Assembly (NCBI GenBank): GCA_951406725.2
Contig: OX597827.1
Coordinates: forward strand, 65,224,001 to 65,288,000
Direction: 5' to 3'
Source of the DNA: Octopus vulgaris
Lineage: Eukaryota
Length of the DNA: 64,000 nucleotides
This document shows positions 14,447 to 29,059 of this stretch, one piece after another. The translations under genes were made by a program, and so were the position numbers. The notes below the pieces were generated by a model, which had not been told where the DNA came from, made no database searches, and saw nothing but the letters and a program-made list of their open reading frames with translations. How positions within the stretch are numbered: the first letter of the stretch is position 1; each line of letters starts with the position of its first letter.

Positions 14447-14995
14447 GTTGCAATATACAAACAGAAATATCATATAGTTATATGACATCATCAATATTTC
14501 TGCTGCTTGATTTGCTAAACATAGCGATCAAATCCTGTTCGAATTACCCTCACTTTTCTTGCAAACGATATATTTGATAAGGTATTCCTATCTGCTATTC
14601 CTGGAAAAGACGACAGGGTGGTCATAGATTTACTTTGCCTATAATTATACCAACCAGCATTGGCCTTTGCCTAAAGAGTAGCTGCAGCTACAATAATAAC
14701 ACCAGAAACCTCGATAACGTCCTGGATTTTGCTTTCGAATTTTGGCACAAAGCAAGCAATTTCTGGGGAGTGGGTAAGTTGATTACGTCGACCACACTGA
14801 TCAATTGGTATTCATTTTATCGATCCCAAAAGGATGGACGTCTAAGTCGATCTTGCCGGAAAAAAGATTCTGAATGTTAACAAATACATTTCACCCCATA
14901 CACGTCAACGCCTATTTGTAATTATCTCAAAAATGTTAAAACCAGACAAAGTGAATTATGTAAAGAGAACAGTTTAGTCTGCACAATTATTTACC

Positions 14996-15195
14996 TATTT
15001 CTTTATTACCCACAAGGGGCTAAACACAGAGGGGACAAACAAGGACAGACATGGGTATTAAGTCGATTACATCGACCCCAGTGCGTAACTGGCACTTAAT
15101 TTATCGACCCCGAAAGGATGAAAGGCAAAGTCGACCTCGGCGGAATTTGAACTCACAACGTAACGCAGACGAAATACCGCAAATCATTTCGCCCG
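14996..15195 (-). mobile_element. Meta-domain tRNA SINE, 5'-truncated
   Basis: Contains ggtcgactttgcctttcatcctttcggggtcgataaattaag; 15-bp TSD gcacaattatttacc. Confidence 0.88.
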
Positions 15196-16149
15196 GCACA
15201 ATTATTTACCGTTAATGATAGGTGGAATGTCGGAGCCCATTGTTCTTCATTGCCTCAAAGCGTTTGAGACAGCAGAAACATAAAAGTTATTTTCAAAACA
15301 AGACATCCTCCGAAACTTTGTACCAAACTTATCGCACAAAGACGGAACGTAAAGCGCAAGGGGTGGTGTTAAACCGGACGAGACATTAAGTACATAATCC
15401 AAGAACTAAGAATATTAAGAGCCGAATACAAACATCGCAATCTATCTGGTCGGATGATGTACTAATACTTTCAATGAACTGTCATTTCTTGGTACTTTAT
15501 TTTATGAAGCCGGGTAAAACTGGTTTTTAAATCAGAGCTTAGAGAGGAACACCATAAACTAATATAAGACGATTTACATAGCTTTTTAACATATTTGCCA
15601 ACTGGCTGACAGACATTTGTAATACGATTTTCGCAGTGAAAATACAGAAACGCGATTCTTTATTTTCTTTCTCTTTCGACTTGTCTCTATCTCCGTGTCT
15701 ATCCAAATATTTGAATTTAGCAATGGAATCTAGCCAAATACCCCTTACTATACTGTTGGTTATGCAGTAAATTGCAGAACTATTATATTACATAAATGTA
15801 TTCAAGGAGTTGAGGGATAGAATTTAAAATGCATCGATCCTATTTTCAATAGAATCACAATAAATTGCCGAAACGTGCTGTATTCACTGTGTGCATCCAC
15901 GGTAAAGAATGAAGTGTTTGCTTCAAGGGATAATTCGCTGCCGTTTCTGTAAAGTCAAGGAACTGTGTACCATTATCGTTCTAAGCATAAATCAACAGTT
16001 ATGAGGGACAGTCATATGAGAATTAGGTTTCTACCCACTGTTCACGATATCAACCGAATTTGAATACTAGTTCGTTAGGTTTGTACAAATGTTATTTAAG
16101 GAAAATATTTTTGTATAGATTACTGACATTAGATCTTTACAATTTTTAG

Positions 16150-16470
16150 GAAATATTATGGATGTTTGGAGTAACATTACTCGACGGAGTGCTCAGAGAT
16201 CAAGACTCTCTCCAGGACGAGAGATCGTGTGATTACAAAATCGCAGAAGATAATGTTAGACGGATTCTTCAAGTCGAGCGAGCCAGCAGAACTTGCGGCA
16301 AACCAAGAACAAAATTGTTGGATATTAGCCATAGTTTCAGACTGCCATGTTTAGGAAAGCACCCGGAAAGTCTAAAGACGGTTGCTTCAAAGAGAGACGC
16401 CATGGAAGAGGTATTTCAGAACTCTACCCTCTCGACCTCCACATGATGAGTGGGCGGGAAGATGAATAGG
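16150..16470 (+). pseudogene. Highly decayed RTE-like LINE 3' end
   Basis: MFGVTLLD...GKPRTKLLD...LKTVASKRDA resembles an RTE C-terminus; ends in tgatgag/gatgaat. Confidence 0.4.
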
Positions 16471-16485
16471 GGGAAGTGGTACTTA

Positions 16486-16716
16486 AGGCGGCGAGCTGGC
16501 AGAAACGTTAGCACGCCGGGCGAAATGCTTAGCGGTATTTCGTCTGCGTTACGTTGTGAATTCAAATTCCGCCGAGGTCGACTTTGCCTTTCATCCTTTC
16601 GGGGTCGATAAATTAAGTACCAGTTACGAACTGGGGTCGATGTAATCGACTTAATACCTATGTCTCTCCTTGTTTGATCCCTCTGTGTTTAGCCCCTTGT
16701 GGGAAATAAAGAAATA
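16486..16716 (+). mobile_element. Meta-domain tRNA SINE, full length
   Basis: Runs aggcggcgagctggcagaaacgttagc ... gagttc/aattcaaattcc B-box ... aagaaata; TSD ggtactt. Confidence 0.9.
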
Positions 16717-17093
16717 GGTACTTGAAGCAAATGTAGTTAATGTGGGAAGACTTGTGTAAATCCGGTGTTCTGAGATCAATCCATACATAGAGAAAGAAAT
16801 GAGAGATTTCTGTATATTGTAGCTGTAGTGAAAGCTGTGAATGTGTAATAATGTTCATGGATACCGGCAAGTTACACTATGTGTAAGACATACAAATATA
16901 TACATCTTTGTGGTGGGTATTTCCACCATCTCTCTGAGCATAAACCGTAGGTCTACCAAACTGGGAAAGCATCTGGACAGGACTGTTGCGGTTGTGACGC
17001 AAATTTCTTAATCACTCAACAAGAGTGTACCATATATTTTAGATAATATTTCTTTAAACTACAAAACATGGATTTGAAGGTTGTAGACAAGTT

Positions 17094-17578
17094 TATAATG
17101 GAAGGCAAGGTTTACGATAGTGGGAGAATATCGCCTTCCTCCATTATCTCTTTTTGTTCTTCGGGAAGTTCAGGCTCCGGCAGACGAAGAGAGAAGACTT
17201 CAAGTACAAATGCAATTTACAACTGGTTTATTTACAGGATTCACAGGATAGGGGAAGTGTGCTGCTCTCAGCAACCATCTTTGGGCTGCGTGCGTTGTGT
17301 AGTAGCTCCGTTAATGCGGGCGCATCGCCTCTGGAGATACAACATACAGACAGGCCCTGCTAGTGGAGAGCAATCAGTAAGCGCTGCAGCTAAGAGGCAG
17401 AAAGTATAAGGCTGAATCTGTTTCTGTCTTGTCCTTATATATAGTTTGCCATCGCGAGCCTCGTTGTGATATCGCGCATCGCAAATGGCTGCAAATGAAG
17501 TTTCGCTCTAGTGCCGGAGATGGCAATTGCTGTCGCGAGATCTCATCAAATATGGCACTGAATGCTTGTGCCGCCACA
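17094..17578 (-). mobile_element. Probable solo LTR (Gypsy-like)
   Basis: Minus strand begins TGTGGCGG, contains TATATAAGG then AATAAA, and ends ccattata (CA decayed to TA). The 4-bp TSD AGTT lies at 17090-17093 and 17579-17582. GC/CpG content is above background. Confidence 0.6.
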
Positions 17579-18365
17579 AGTTTCTGAACTTGTAGAAGGG
17601 ATATTAGAAGGTATAGTGGATCTTATATATTAAGAAACATTATTGAAAACGTAACTGAAATCAAATGGCAACAAAAAAGACTTGAAACCGTATTGAAGAA
17701 TATTTCTCACGGATAACTTACCGCGTGCTTTCCAGCGGTCATCAATGATTGATGACAAAAATACACTTAAAAAAATGGGTTTTTGAAGTAGTATCTATTA
17801 AGTTTGATAAATATTTTATCAACTATCATCCATCTAAAGAAAATAAAAACACTGAAGACAGAAGAAAAGAAAACGCCAAAAATAAAGTTAAATTGCTCAA
17901 TATCAAGAACAGTAACAACAAAGATAATATGAAATGGTCACGAACTAATATTTGATATGAAACAGAGAATTAGAGTTTCAAAAAAAATAAAAAAACAAAC
18001 AAGCAAACTAGTATTTGAGATTTTAATATGATTATCATATCTTAATTGGATAAGTGCTTAAATATGTAGGGGAGAAGAGATATATGCTGTCACATATCGA
18101 TTGATTAATGAAAAATGGTCGGAAGTGGGAAATAACAAATTTTCTTATTATAATTATTTCAAATTTCATTGTCTGTATACGTTTAAACGCAAACACGTAT
18201 ATACACACTCAGGCAAACAAATGCAGATTATGAGGTAAAAAAGAAAGATTTATATTTGTTTCTGTGTAGCTTTAGACATGAATACAGACATAAATACATA
18301 CATACACACGAACACGCATAGATATGATAAAATTTATATAATTCAATTGAATATAATAACAAAAA

Positions 18366-18385
18366 CAATAATAATAATAATAATA

Positions 18386-18462
<77 letters not shown>
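18366..18462. repeat. (TAA)n microsatellite abutting a SINE 3' fragment (18462-18550, minus)
   Basis: Visible directly. Confidence 0.9.
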
Positions 18463-19159
18463 TCTTTCTACTATAGCTACAGGACCTGAAATTTTGTGGG
18501 AGGGGGCCACTGGGTTACATCGACTTCAGTACGCCACTGGTACCTAATTTATTTCTTTCCTCAGTCGAGTTCCAGATTATCTTTGCAATTTCGTCTGGTT
18601 ATACATGAGTTTGCTCCAATCTGGCCAACCCTAAGTGAAAACTAAGGTAAGACCACTAGATTCCTTGGAAGAAAGCAGCGAATGTATACGAAAACAAGAA
18701 CGGAAAAAAACGGAGAAATGGTAGAAAAATACAAATGCAAATAACAGGATATTAACAATAGGTGTCTTTCGACTAAAGACGAACTAAATAAAGCTGGCGT
18801 GTGAAAGTGAAGCCTTACAGCAGGGACATGGGAGATGACAGGCATGAGGGGGAATATAGATGTTGCACGGATGGTAGTCGAACCAAGAAAGAAAGATCAG
18901 GCTTGGCCGAACCCCGATCACGTGGAGAGAGAGAGTAGAAAGTTAGAGGCAGAGGGATAAAAGAATTAGGGAGGGACGAGAAAAAAAGAAAAGGGAGAGA
19001 CAGTGAAGTGAAGGAGGAGGGAACGTGAGAATGAAGAGAAAGCCAGGAAATGTAAGAGAGGGGAAACGAAAGAAAGAAGAATGGAAAGAAGGAAGTAAGT
19101 GTGAAGGGGCTGATAGAAAGAAAGAAGAAAGAATGAAAGAATAAGAGAGTCTTACAAAA

Positions 19160-19195
<36 letters not shown>

Positions 19196-19837
19196 CGTGT
19201 GTGTTTGTGTACTTACATATAAGAGACTAAATTGTACCTACGCCGCCATATGTATATAAAAAAGGAATAGAAAAAAGGGGACAAGAACGCAAAACATCCA
19301 GACAGATGATACACGATGTTCCAAGTGCAAATGAATGCTCAGTTACAACGGACTATCTAGAGAAAACGTTATATTGTATACCTGCATGTATGTCTGTGTG
19401 TATGTATGTGTATTTATATACATCCCAATATTTTATACCTATTGGAATTCTCTTTATTAGAACAGTGATTGTACTTGCTATCTCGTCAAATAACCTGTCC
19501 CCATATTTGTCTGATTCTGCTGTCTGTTCTGCAGTCTAAATCTGTATTCTTGGCTAACTTTGCTCTAATTCATTTTCCGTATTCATTAGGTCTTTCCAAT
19601 ATGGTACATTGAATTTCATTCCCAAAATCTCCTTCCTTTCTCGAAATACCTCTTTCCGAATTCTTACCCTCTCCCCCGTACACTCCCACTCTCCTATTCG
19701 TACTTGCTCTTCTTCATCACTCCCTCCTCTTCATTCTTCACATTCTTCCCCTTTTCTTCTATTGTATGTTATAAATGTCCATACACTCTGGCACAATACG
19801 GACAACACGCATATAAACGTGTCTCATAAAACACAGA

Positions 19838-19872
19838 TACAAACACACAGGAAAACACACAGACACAGCGGC

Positions 19873-19917
<45 letters not shown>

Positions 19918-20077
19918 CATACACACATACATGAATACATACATACTTACACACATACATACATATATGCAAACAGGCATACATACATTCAAACATACAC
20001 AAACGCATCATCCAGCGGCATGTATATATACATATATATATATACAAACACACAGGAAAACACACAGACACAGCGGC

Positions 20078-20109
<32 letters not shown>

Positions 20110-20276
20110 ACACATACATACACACATACATGAATACATACATACTTACACACATACATACATATATGCATACAGACATACATACATTCAAACATACACA
20201 AACGCATCATCCAGCGGCATGTATATATACATATATATATATACAAACACACAGGAAAACACACAGACACAGCGGC

Positions 20277-20319
<43 letters not shown>

Positions 20320-20553
20320 CATACACACATACATGAATACATACATACTTACACACATACATACATATATGCATACAGACATACATACATTCAAACATAC
20401 ACAAACGCATCATCCAGCGGCATGTATATATACATATATATATATATATACACATACATACACACATACATGAATACATACATACTTACACACATACATA
20501 CATATATGCATACAAACATACATACATTCAAACATACACAAACGCATCATCCA
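19838..20553. repeat. ~200-bp tandem minisatellite, about 3.5 units
   Basis: Unit aaacacacaggaaaacacacagacacagcggcatg...aaacgcatcatccagcggcatg recurs at about 19840, 20044 and 20243, plus a partial unit. Confidence 0.9.
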
Positions 20554-21210
20554 GTGAACGTTTGGGTACAGCCGCATACACACGAATATATATACACATG
20601 TATACACAAATACAGATACGAAAATTGCACAAACTCATACACACACACACACACATATACAGAGTCATTGGCATACGCTCATACGCAACAAAAACTCCCA
20701 TAGAGACAAAAAATTCGATAGACAAAAGCAAGGACATTTGCAACATAAAAAATACTAACGCGTCACCATCAACACCATCAACAATAAAAAACAACAACAG
20801 CAAAAGGCAAAACAACAACAACAACTATAAATATAACAACGTTAACGATTGCAATGACGACCGACCATCGCGCTGTACACACAAAGACACATAATCAGAG
20901 ACAACCATGGCAAACATTACTAGCAGAATCTAAACAAAGAACCAAAACATCTGCTTGTCAGTTATAAATTTTTAACTCTAGAATATCACCAACACAATAG
21001 TTCTCAATACGAAAACCACTTGTCTCTTTCAAGCAAATTCTTATGAATTTCCATAGTAATTGTATAGCATATCTATAGGGCCATTAGTGATATATATGTA
21101 TACATACATACATACATACACACAAATGTATGCACATGCACACAGACATTCAAACACACTCATAAACACACATTTCTATGCGTATGTATCCATATATAAA
21201 TATGTGTGTT

Positions 21211-21258
<48 letters not shown>

Positions 21259-21373
21259 CATATATATGTATACATAGTTACTGAAAGCCAGTGTCTTTGC
21301 TCTTGGTAATGGTATTTGGGGTAATTTTTGTTGACTTTGTCAGTTTGTCATTGGGTAGGAAGGTATATACATG

Positions 21374-21440
<67 letters not shown>

Positions 21441-21981
21441 GGGCCGTTCAGGACTTTTAGGGGACCTCCTGCAATTTTTTGTTTCGAGGCCCCATCTCTT
21501 CAAACAAAATTCATAATCTACGCACCTTTATTATCTGCAAAAATCAGACGTAGTACTTTACAGATTGTTGTGTTTAAGAATCAGCACAGCACACTGCTGT
21601 AATGATTCAAGAATACAACATATAAAAACAAAACTAACGTTATATCATTTTTCTAACCCTCTGCACATGGATAGCTACACACACACACGTACATACACAT
21701 ACACAAACGTACGTGCGTGCGTGCGTGTGTGTGCGCGCGCACGCCATATTTTTGGTACAGAAAGACTTTTGTCTCCAGTTTTTTATTGCTTTAGGAGGTG
21801 AAAGGCCATATCCTGGGTACAAAGTAACCAGCTTTTCAACAACGTCAAATCACAACGCCATATATATATATAGCATCGGTGCCGATGCTATACTCATCAT
21901 CTATTTTATATAATTTCTCCATTATACACACACACACATATATATATAATCAAAATAAGCAACAACAATGACTCCGGTAAT

Positions 21982-22067
21982 TTGATACCATCGTTTCTTA
22001 CTACATCATTTTATTAAATGTTGTAAGTATTACAACAATTTTAAAATGCTGAGCACTCATCAGCCAA
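21982..22067 (-). ncRNA. Type I hammerhead-like motif with long stem II
   Basis: TTGG-CTGATGA-[gtgctc...ttgttgtaa-tac-ttacaaca...]-GAAA-CGATGG-TA-TCAA; its 3' flank (cttattttgattata) is homologous to that of 58081-58167. Confidence 0.55.
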
Positions 22068-22666
22068 TTATAGAGGTTTTCCATTAATACAAACATTTGA
22101 ATCTAAAGTTTTGCATATATATATATATATTTTTTTTTGCATATATATAAGTAAGTATGTACATGCAATCATATGAATATGTATACACACACACGAATGC
22201 ACGCCACTACGAATATTCGCATAGGCTGCCATTTTAATTATGTAATAGCGGTAAAATGGCGAATTATGTTACAGATGGCTATGCGTATTAATGTATCATC
22301 TAAGAGCTTATGTTACATTGCCTCTAATTGATAAATTTTGAAGAGTAACTAATAGGTGTGTACGGCCAATTAAAACAAAAATTGTTATTTATTTTCGCAC
22401 CTGAAATACACAGACACACCCCTGCATGAATTCACGCATCCATACATGCACAAATGTACACACACACACATGTATACAAGTAAATACACACACAAGATTA
22501 AATGTCACGATATGATAGAAATTTGGTTAAGACTGTTTTAAAGAGACAGCACAAAGTAAGTTGGAAGTAAACCAATAAAAATTAAACGCACACAAATCAG
22601 GACTTTCAGATATTTACGATATTTTACGATATTTTCGTTTTAAAAAGCCAAAAGCAAAGAAAAAAA

Positions 22667-22689
<23 letters not shown>

Positions 22690-22706
<17 letters not shown>

Positions 22707-22835
22707 ATTGATCACCTTGATCGACCATTCCGTCGGGCGTCCATTTGACATCACTGGTCACAACACACTATCCACTCCTCTCTGGATCGCGCCTTTCTCA
22801 TCCAGTGATCCCAATAGTCCTCCTGAAATCGTTAC
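22690..22835 (-). pseudogene. Possible RTE-type LINE 3' terminal fragment
   Basis: DFRRTI/DHWMRKARSREEWIVCCDQ* resembles the 'W...A.xR..W' RTE terminus. Confidence 0.35.
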
Positions 22836-22842
22836 ACATACA

Positions 22843-22915
<73 letters not shown>

Positions 22916-23369
22916 ATGTGTAACGTAACAGTTTAGAAAAAAACAATTGGTTTAATATCTAGCGTGAACTAGATAGCTCTTCAGTTTCTCTAAACGTTAA
23001 CTCTTCTCTGCAAAGACTGTTTTTTAAAACACATAAACAATTAAATACAAGCACACGGTTAAATACAGACACACGCACACACACAAAAATATAGATATAC
23101 ATATGGATATGTATTCACGTGTGTATGAAGAGTAGGAGATTTTTTTTTTATGTTGCAATTTAGAATCATCACTGCAGAGTGCTGTCATGATACTAAACTA
23201 CAACAATCTGTAAGAGACTATGTTCGAAATGTGAATATCTGAGTAACTGCATGTCCTAGGCAAACGAAATTAAATAAGCTTCACGTTGAACAGTACAAGA
23301 TTTATTTATCGAAATACCAACAAGAAATTCAGTAGGATGTATATTTTATAACCGATTTCAGAAACCATC

Positions 23370-24350
23370 ACAAACGTTTAATATGCGCACTGCCTCTGAC
23401 ATGACACACGTCAAGTTGGTAGACCAGGTCCTGTCCAACATGCTCTAGCATATCTTGCGTAACCATCTACAGCGGCTCAATGATTGTCTGTTTCAGTTCC
23501 TCTAGGTATGTATGATGAGTGGAGATAAAGTCCAGTCGTTTCACATAGCCCCATTGCCAAAAAAAATCACAAGTTGTCAAGTCAAGTGAGAGATGTGACT
23601 AAATCAAAGGAACATTGTCATGTTGACTGGCACGGCCGATGTATCTCCCTGGTAGATTCTCATTGAGATAAACCCGCACAGGCAGCTTCCATTGAGGTGG
23701 GGCCCCATCCTGTTGAAAAATGAAGTGTTCATGTTCATTTGTAATGAGCTCATCAAATAATCATTTCTGAAGCATTCGCGCATTAACATCGCTGGCCTCG
23801 CTTCCCTAAAATGGTCCGTCGAGACGATCCTTGGATATTGTGCAGAATGCATTCATTTGCTGTAAATCCCTCATGTGCTCAACTGTGAGATGAGGATTTT
23901 AGTCCCACCATTATGCTTGTGGTCTTTGACATCCATATGAAATGTGGCCTCACCACTGAAAACAAGGCGCTTTTACAGTTCCTTATTTTCAATTCTCTCT
24001 TGTATAGTGAAACAGAATTGCTTGCACTTTTCCCTGTCATCTGTTACAGTTTATAGGGTGTCATTTGCGAGCGTTTCCTTGCGAGGAATCTGGGTTTCCA
24101 TAGATAATCTTCTTAGAGAATTTCTGAGGTTTCGTAAAAATGTTTCTCGAACCCGACTGAAGATATCTTCCGATACTGGTGCACAGATAGTCTTTACTCT
24201 TTGGGCTTCATGCGCCCTGTTCAAATCTTCTTTCCAGTTGGTGCATTGTCATTAACTTTTCTCAAAAATGCACGCTGCACACTTTTGCTCGACTGAGTTC
24301 GAGCATATTCTAACGCACAAAATGCCTTTTAATTTCTAGGAAACATCATC
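23370..24350 (-). pseudogene. Decayed Tc1/mariner-superfamily transposase (DUF4817-type N-terminus)
   Basis: Frameshifted segments KAFCALEYARTQSSKSVQRAF, VFSGEATFH, FQQDGAPP, DLTTCDFF/WGYVKRL and LEELKQTII...VTQDML...YQLDVCHVRGSAHIK. Confidence 0.85.
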
Positions 24351-25735
24351 ATTCATCCTGAACAAAAAGAAAAAAACGAAAGAAAAAATTTAGCTTTTAC
24401 ATAGTTTGTTAAAATTTGAAATCATTTGAACGAGAATTGGTTGCGTTATTAGAATACGAAAGGATGTGAGAATATAAAGTAATATAATATTATATAACAT
24501 AATATTCACATACTCATAAATGCATATATGTATATATGTATGTCTGTTTGTATGTATGTACGACTGTATGTCTGTATGTATGTACGTATGTATGTCTCTA
24601 TGTATGTATGAATGTATGCATGTATGAATGTATATATGTGTCAATGTGTTTATGTAAATGGTGAAGCAACAAAATCGGTCACAATATCCATCGAGAGCAA
24701 AATTGAAAAATCCTAACCCAGGGCTTTTCTCCTCTCTTTCTTTTCCTTTTTCTTCTTTTTCTATTCCCTATCTCTCCTTCCTCTCTGTCAGTCACTCTGC
24801 TTAATCCCAAGTAAAATAGACAGAAGTGTAACACTTTAATATTAATTTCTGCCTACAGAGGTCTCTTCATGTGTTATATCTTATGAATTAGCACCATCAA
24901 CGAGTGCTTATGACGGCTAAGTTCAAATGAAATTTTCTTTATAAACAATGTGTGCAGTGTGACGGAGCTATAATCAATAACAAAATTTCTAAAGACTCAT
25001 AATACTTAACAACTATACAACATTCTGTACATATAAATGGATTGGTAAATGACTACAAAAGAAGATTTAGAAAGAAAACCCGCTGCTTGCAAATATAGCA
25101 GCTGGTGTTGCAACTCTAGATTTGGGTGAAAAATTTGCGCTTTCACCGGGAAAAATAAATGCATAGGAATGGTCATTCCCATTACACACGTTCCCATTAC
25201 ATACATGGGAAATATATGCACATTGGGCAATTGCCATGTGGCCAATGTAATTTTTTTTTTCTTTCTAAGCTTGTGCTGTATTATTGTGTAGTATACCAAT
25301 ACTAGCATTCTCACATTTAAAATTACCCATTGAAGAAGATCTTAAAGCGTCGTGACACTTGTCATAATTTGGACAACATAGTCAAAACAGAAGCCGTAGA
25401 AATTTATATCGCAAATATGAGGATGAAAGAGGCTTATATAGATAAAATTATATGTCATCGTTAACAGCAAAGAAAAAGCGAGCGACGTCAGTGATCTAAT
25501 GTAATCAGCAAATTAAATACCTGGCAACACGGCAACACCACATATCAGATTAAATTAAGCCTACGTTCAATTCTAAATTTGTTGTTGATGAATTATTTGT
25601 TCTGGTAAATCTCATATTATACAGCAAACAATTAGAAACAGTTGATTCTTGTTTCCCCTCCAAAATGTTCATCTTGTATCCACTTATCCTTTTCTATTCT
25701 CTATCTGTCTCTCTGTCTGCCTGTGTGTGTTTCTC

Positions 25736-25772
<37 letters not shown>

Positions 25773-25801
25773 ACATGCACACAAAAATACGTATGCATAT
25801 C

Positions 25802-26218
25802 TCTTTTTACTCTTTTACTCTTTTACTTGTTTCAGTCATGTGACTGCGGCCATACTGGAGCACCGCCTTAAATCGAGCAACTCGACTCCGGGACTTATTC
25901 TTTTTGTAAGCCCAGTACTTATTCTATCGGTCTCTTTTTGCCGAACCGTTAAGTAACGGGGACATAAACACACCAGCATCGGTTGTCAAGCAATGCTAGG
26001 GGGACAAACACAGACACACAAACACACACACGCATATGTATATATACATATATAAGACGGGCTTCTTTCAGTTTCCGTCTACCAAATCCACTCACAGGGC
26101 TTTGGTCAGCCCGAGGCTATAGTAGAAGACACTTGCCCAAGGTGCCACGCAGTGGGACTGAACCCAGAACCATGTGGTTGGTAAACAAGCTACTTATCAC
26201 ACAGCCACTCCTGCGCCT
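25802..26218 (-). mobile_element. CORE-type tRNA SINE, full length
   Basis: Same family as 13153-13543. Confidence 0.88.
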
Positions 26219-26255
26219 ATGTATATCCATGTTTGTGTATGTGCTTGTATTTATA

Positions 26256-26588
26256 ATGGCCCAGTGCAGCGGACTCGCGGTTGTAGGACCACGGTTTCGA
26301 TTCCCAGATCAAGCGTTGTGAGTGCTTATTGAGCCAAAACATCTAAAGCTCCACGTAGCTCAGGCAGGGGGTGGTGGCGAACCCTTCTGTACTCTTTCAC
26401 CACAACTTTCTCTCTTTCTGTATTTGAAAGGGTCAAGCTTGTCACACTCTGTATCACGCTGAATCTCCCCGATTCAGGGTACACGTATCTGTGGAGTGCT
26501 CAGCCACTTGCACGTTAATTTCAGGAGCAGTCTGTTCAGTTGATCGGATCAACTTGAACCCTCGTCCTCGTAACCGACAGAGTGTCAA
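26256..26588 (+). mobile_element. tRNA-derived SINE (OK-like)
   Basis: A/B boxes (tggcccagtg, ggtttcgattccc); 3' tail ctgtggagtgctcagccacttgcacgttaatttc shared with 28175-28505. Confidence 0.7.
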
Positions 26589-27229
26589 CATAAATGTAAT
26601 ATCAGATTGAATAAAAAGTTAGCAACATTTTGAACCATGGAGAATTTGTACCGGACTTTTGTTGAGTTTCGAATTATTTTAAACATTATTTTGAAATTGT
26701 CTGATAATACAGACATATAGAAACAAAGAAACAAAGATATATAAAAACAATTGTTAGATTTAGTCCAAATTTACTGCATGAGGCACATTAGGGAAGGTAT
26801 TCTGCATGACCCTAAAAAAATAACGGATCAACCCTGGAGGAACTACTTAAGGACTTTGAGATCCGTTCGTCCAAGGCTGACCTAATGGACCTAGTGATAA
26901 GTTACACAGTCACTATCACAAAGGCTATCAATTCGTCACCATCGACAACCATCGGCAACATTAAAAACTTAAATATTATCAACGAGATTATCTACAGCGA
27001 TCTTGATACATTTTGCAATCAATGTACTGCAACAGAAACTCCTAATTTTCAGCAACTAATTATTGCAATAATTGTTGGGCAATCAATAAGAAATTCACGT
27101 AAAGCAATCAAAAGAAACAATGCTGCAATTACTATTCCATACATATAGGAAATAATTTGTTGATTTACCTTAGCTCGCTTATAATTGATCTGCATACACT
27201 TTCCGGCCTACATATATGCGTACACACAT

Positions 27230-27347
27230 ACATACATTCATATATGCATACATACATACATACATGCATACATAGATGCATACATACATTGATGCATATA
27301 TACCTACCTGCATGCCGGTTTGTATATATAAATATACATATATATAT

Positions 27348-27411
<64 letters not shown>

Positions 27412-27417
27412 GTATAT

Positions 27418-27453
<36 letters not shown>

Positions 27454-27550
27454 CATTATATATATATTATGTATATTATATATATACATATAATATATAT
27501 ATATGTATGTTTTTATATACATATATATATATGTATATATGTATATATAT

Positions 27551-27599
<49 letters not shown>

Positions 27600-27689
27600 C
27601 ATATATATATCCGTAAATATTAGAGAGCCAACTTTGAATATGTTAACTCTAGTGCTAGAAATTGAATTTATACATATATATATATATAC

Positions 27690-27755
<66 letters not shown>
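27230..27755. repeat. Compound (TACA)n/(TA)n microsatellite
   Basis: Visible directly. Confidence 0.95.
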
Positions 27756-27757
<2 letters not shown>

Positions 27758-28174
27758 TGTATATGCAGGCATATAGGAATTATAATCCAAGCTGTGTCCT
27801 CGTGAAGCAAATCTGGGCATTCCAGCTATTAATTTTATGTATATAAATGTTTCGTTTTAAATGAGAAAATGATGCACACAAGCTGAAATTTCCAGTGAAC
27901 TATGATATGTATTAAAATAGGGCCTGGAATATGTGGTATGATTTCAATTTTGTTACACGTGTTTCAATACAACATGGGAAATATATTTTATGAATATAAA
28001 TAGTATCATTAATAATGGACTGAATTTGCTAAATTCATGCTATACATATAAATGCATTAGATAATGTCCCTAATGTAAATCTTCAGACATTACCTCGAAA
28101 TCATACGTGTGTGTGTGTGTATATGTGTGTGTGTTTGTGTGTGTGTGTGTATGTGTTTGTGTGTGTGTGTAGAC

Positions 28175-28505
28175 TGTCATTCCGTAGGTTACGATGAAGA
28201 GGGTTTCAGTTGATTAGATCAACGAAAAGCCTGCTCGTGAAATTAATGTGCAAGTGGCTGAGCACTCCACAGACACGCGTACCGTTAACGTAGTTCTCAG
28301 GAAGATACAGTGTGACACAGAATGTTACAAAGCTCGCCCCTTTGAAATACGGGTACTACCCATTCTTTTTTTTTGTTGCCAGTTGAGTGGACTGGAGCAG
28401 AGTGAAATATACTGTCTTGCTTAAGGACACGACCCGTAGCCGGGAATTGACCTCACGAAGTTACGATCTTGAGCCAAATGCCCTAATCACTAAGCAACGC
28501 CCCTT
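28175..28505 (-). mobile_element. CORE-type SINE sharing its 3' tail with 26256-26588
   Basis: CORE-like gtgtccttaagcaagaca plus the shared tail. Confidence 0.7.
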
Positions 28506-28828
28506 CACACACACACACACACACACACGCACACACACACGCACACAGACACAGAGTTATCTGTCGACAATGTTACGTTCAAAAACCTTCCACGATAGGT
28601 GAAAATCCGCGAAGTAGAAGCTACTGTAATGTATATATTTTTTATCTCTTCTATATATTTATTCTATTATAAATGCAAAACATCACCAGGCACTCGTTTT
28701 CCATACAGTATGGGTGATTCTTTGTTTACTCATCTATGATACACTACGTATTTTCTTTTAATATATTTCAATTAATGTTGTTCTATATTTAAGAGATGAG
28801 GAATTATGTATATTATTTACATTTGGAG

Positions 28829-29059
28829 GGCGGCGAGCTGGCAGAAACGTTAGCACGCCGGGCGAAATGTGTAGCCGTATTTCGTCTGTCGTTAAGTGTT
28901 CTGGGTTCAAATTCCGCCGAGGTCGACTTTGCCTTTCATCCTTTCGGGGTCGATAAACTAAGTACCAGTTGTGCACTGGGGTCGATGCAATCGACTTAAT
29001 CCCCGTGTCTGTCCTTGTTTGTCCCCTCTGTGTTTAGCCCCTTGTGGGTAGTAAAGAAA
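28829..29059 (+). mobile_element. Meta-domain tRNA SINE
   Basis: Full-length copy; TSD tatattatttacatttg. Confidence 0.9.

Noticed and set aside
17068-17577. Three small ORFs in a GC-richer block
   Set aside because: No recognisable domain; better explained as a solo LTR.
19838-20553. Repeat-spacer pattern resembling CRISPR
   Set aside because: Intervening sequences are identical microsatellite blocks, the context is eukaryotic, and there are no cas genes.
21439-21815. CAGGGCCG-starting hAT-like MITE
   Set aside because: No matching right TIR or TSD could be located.
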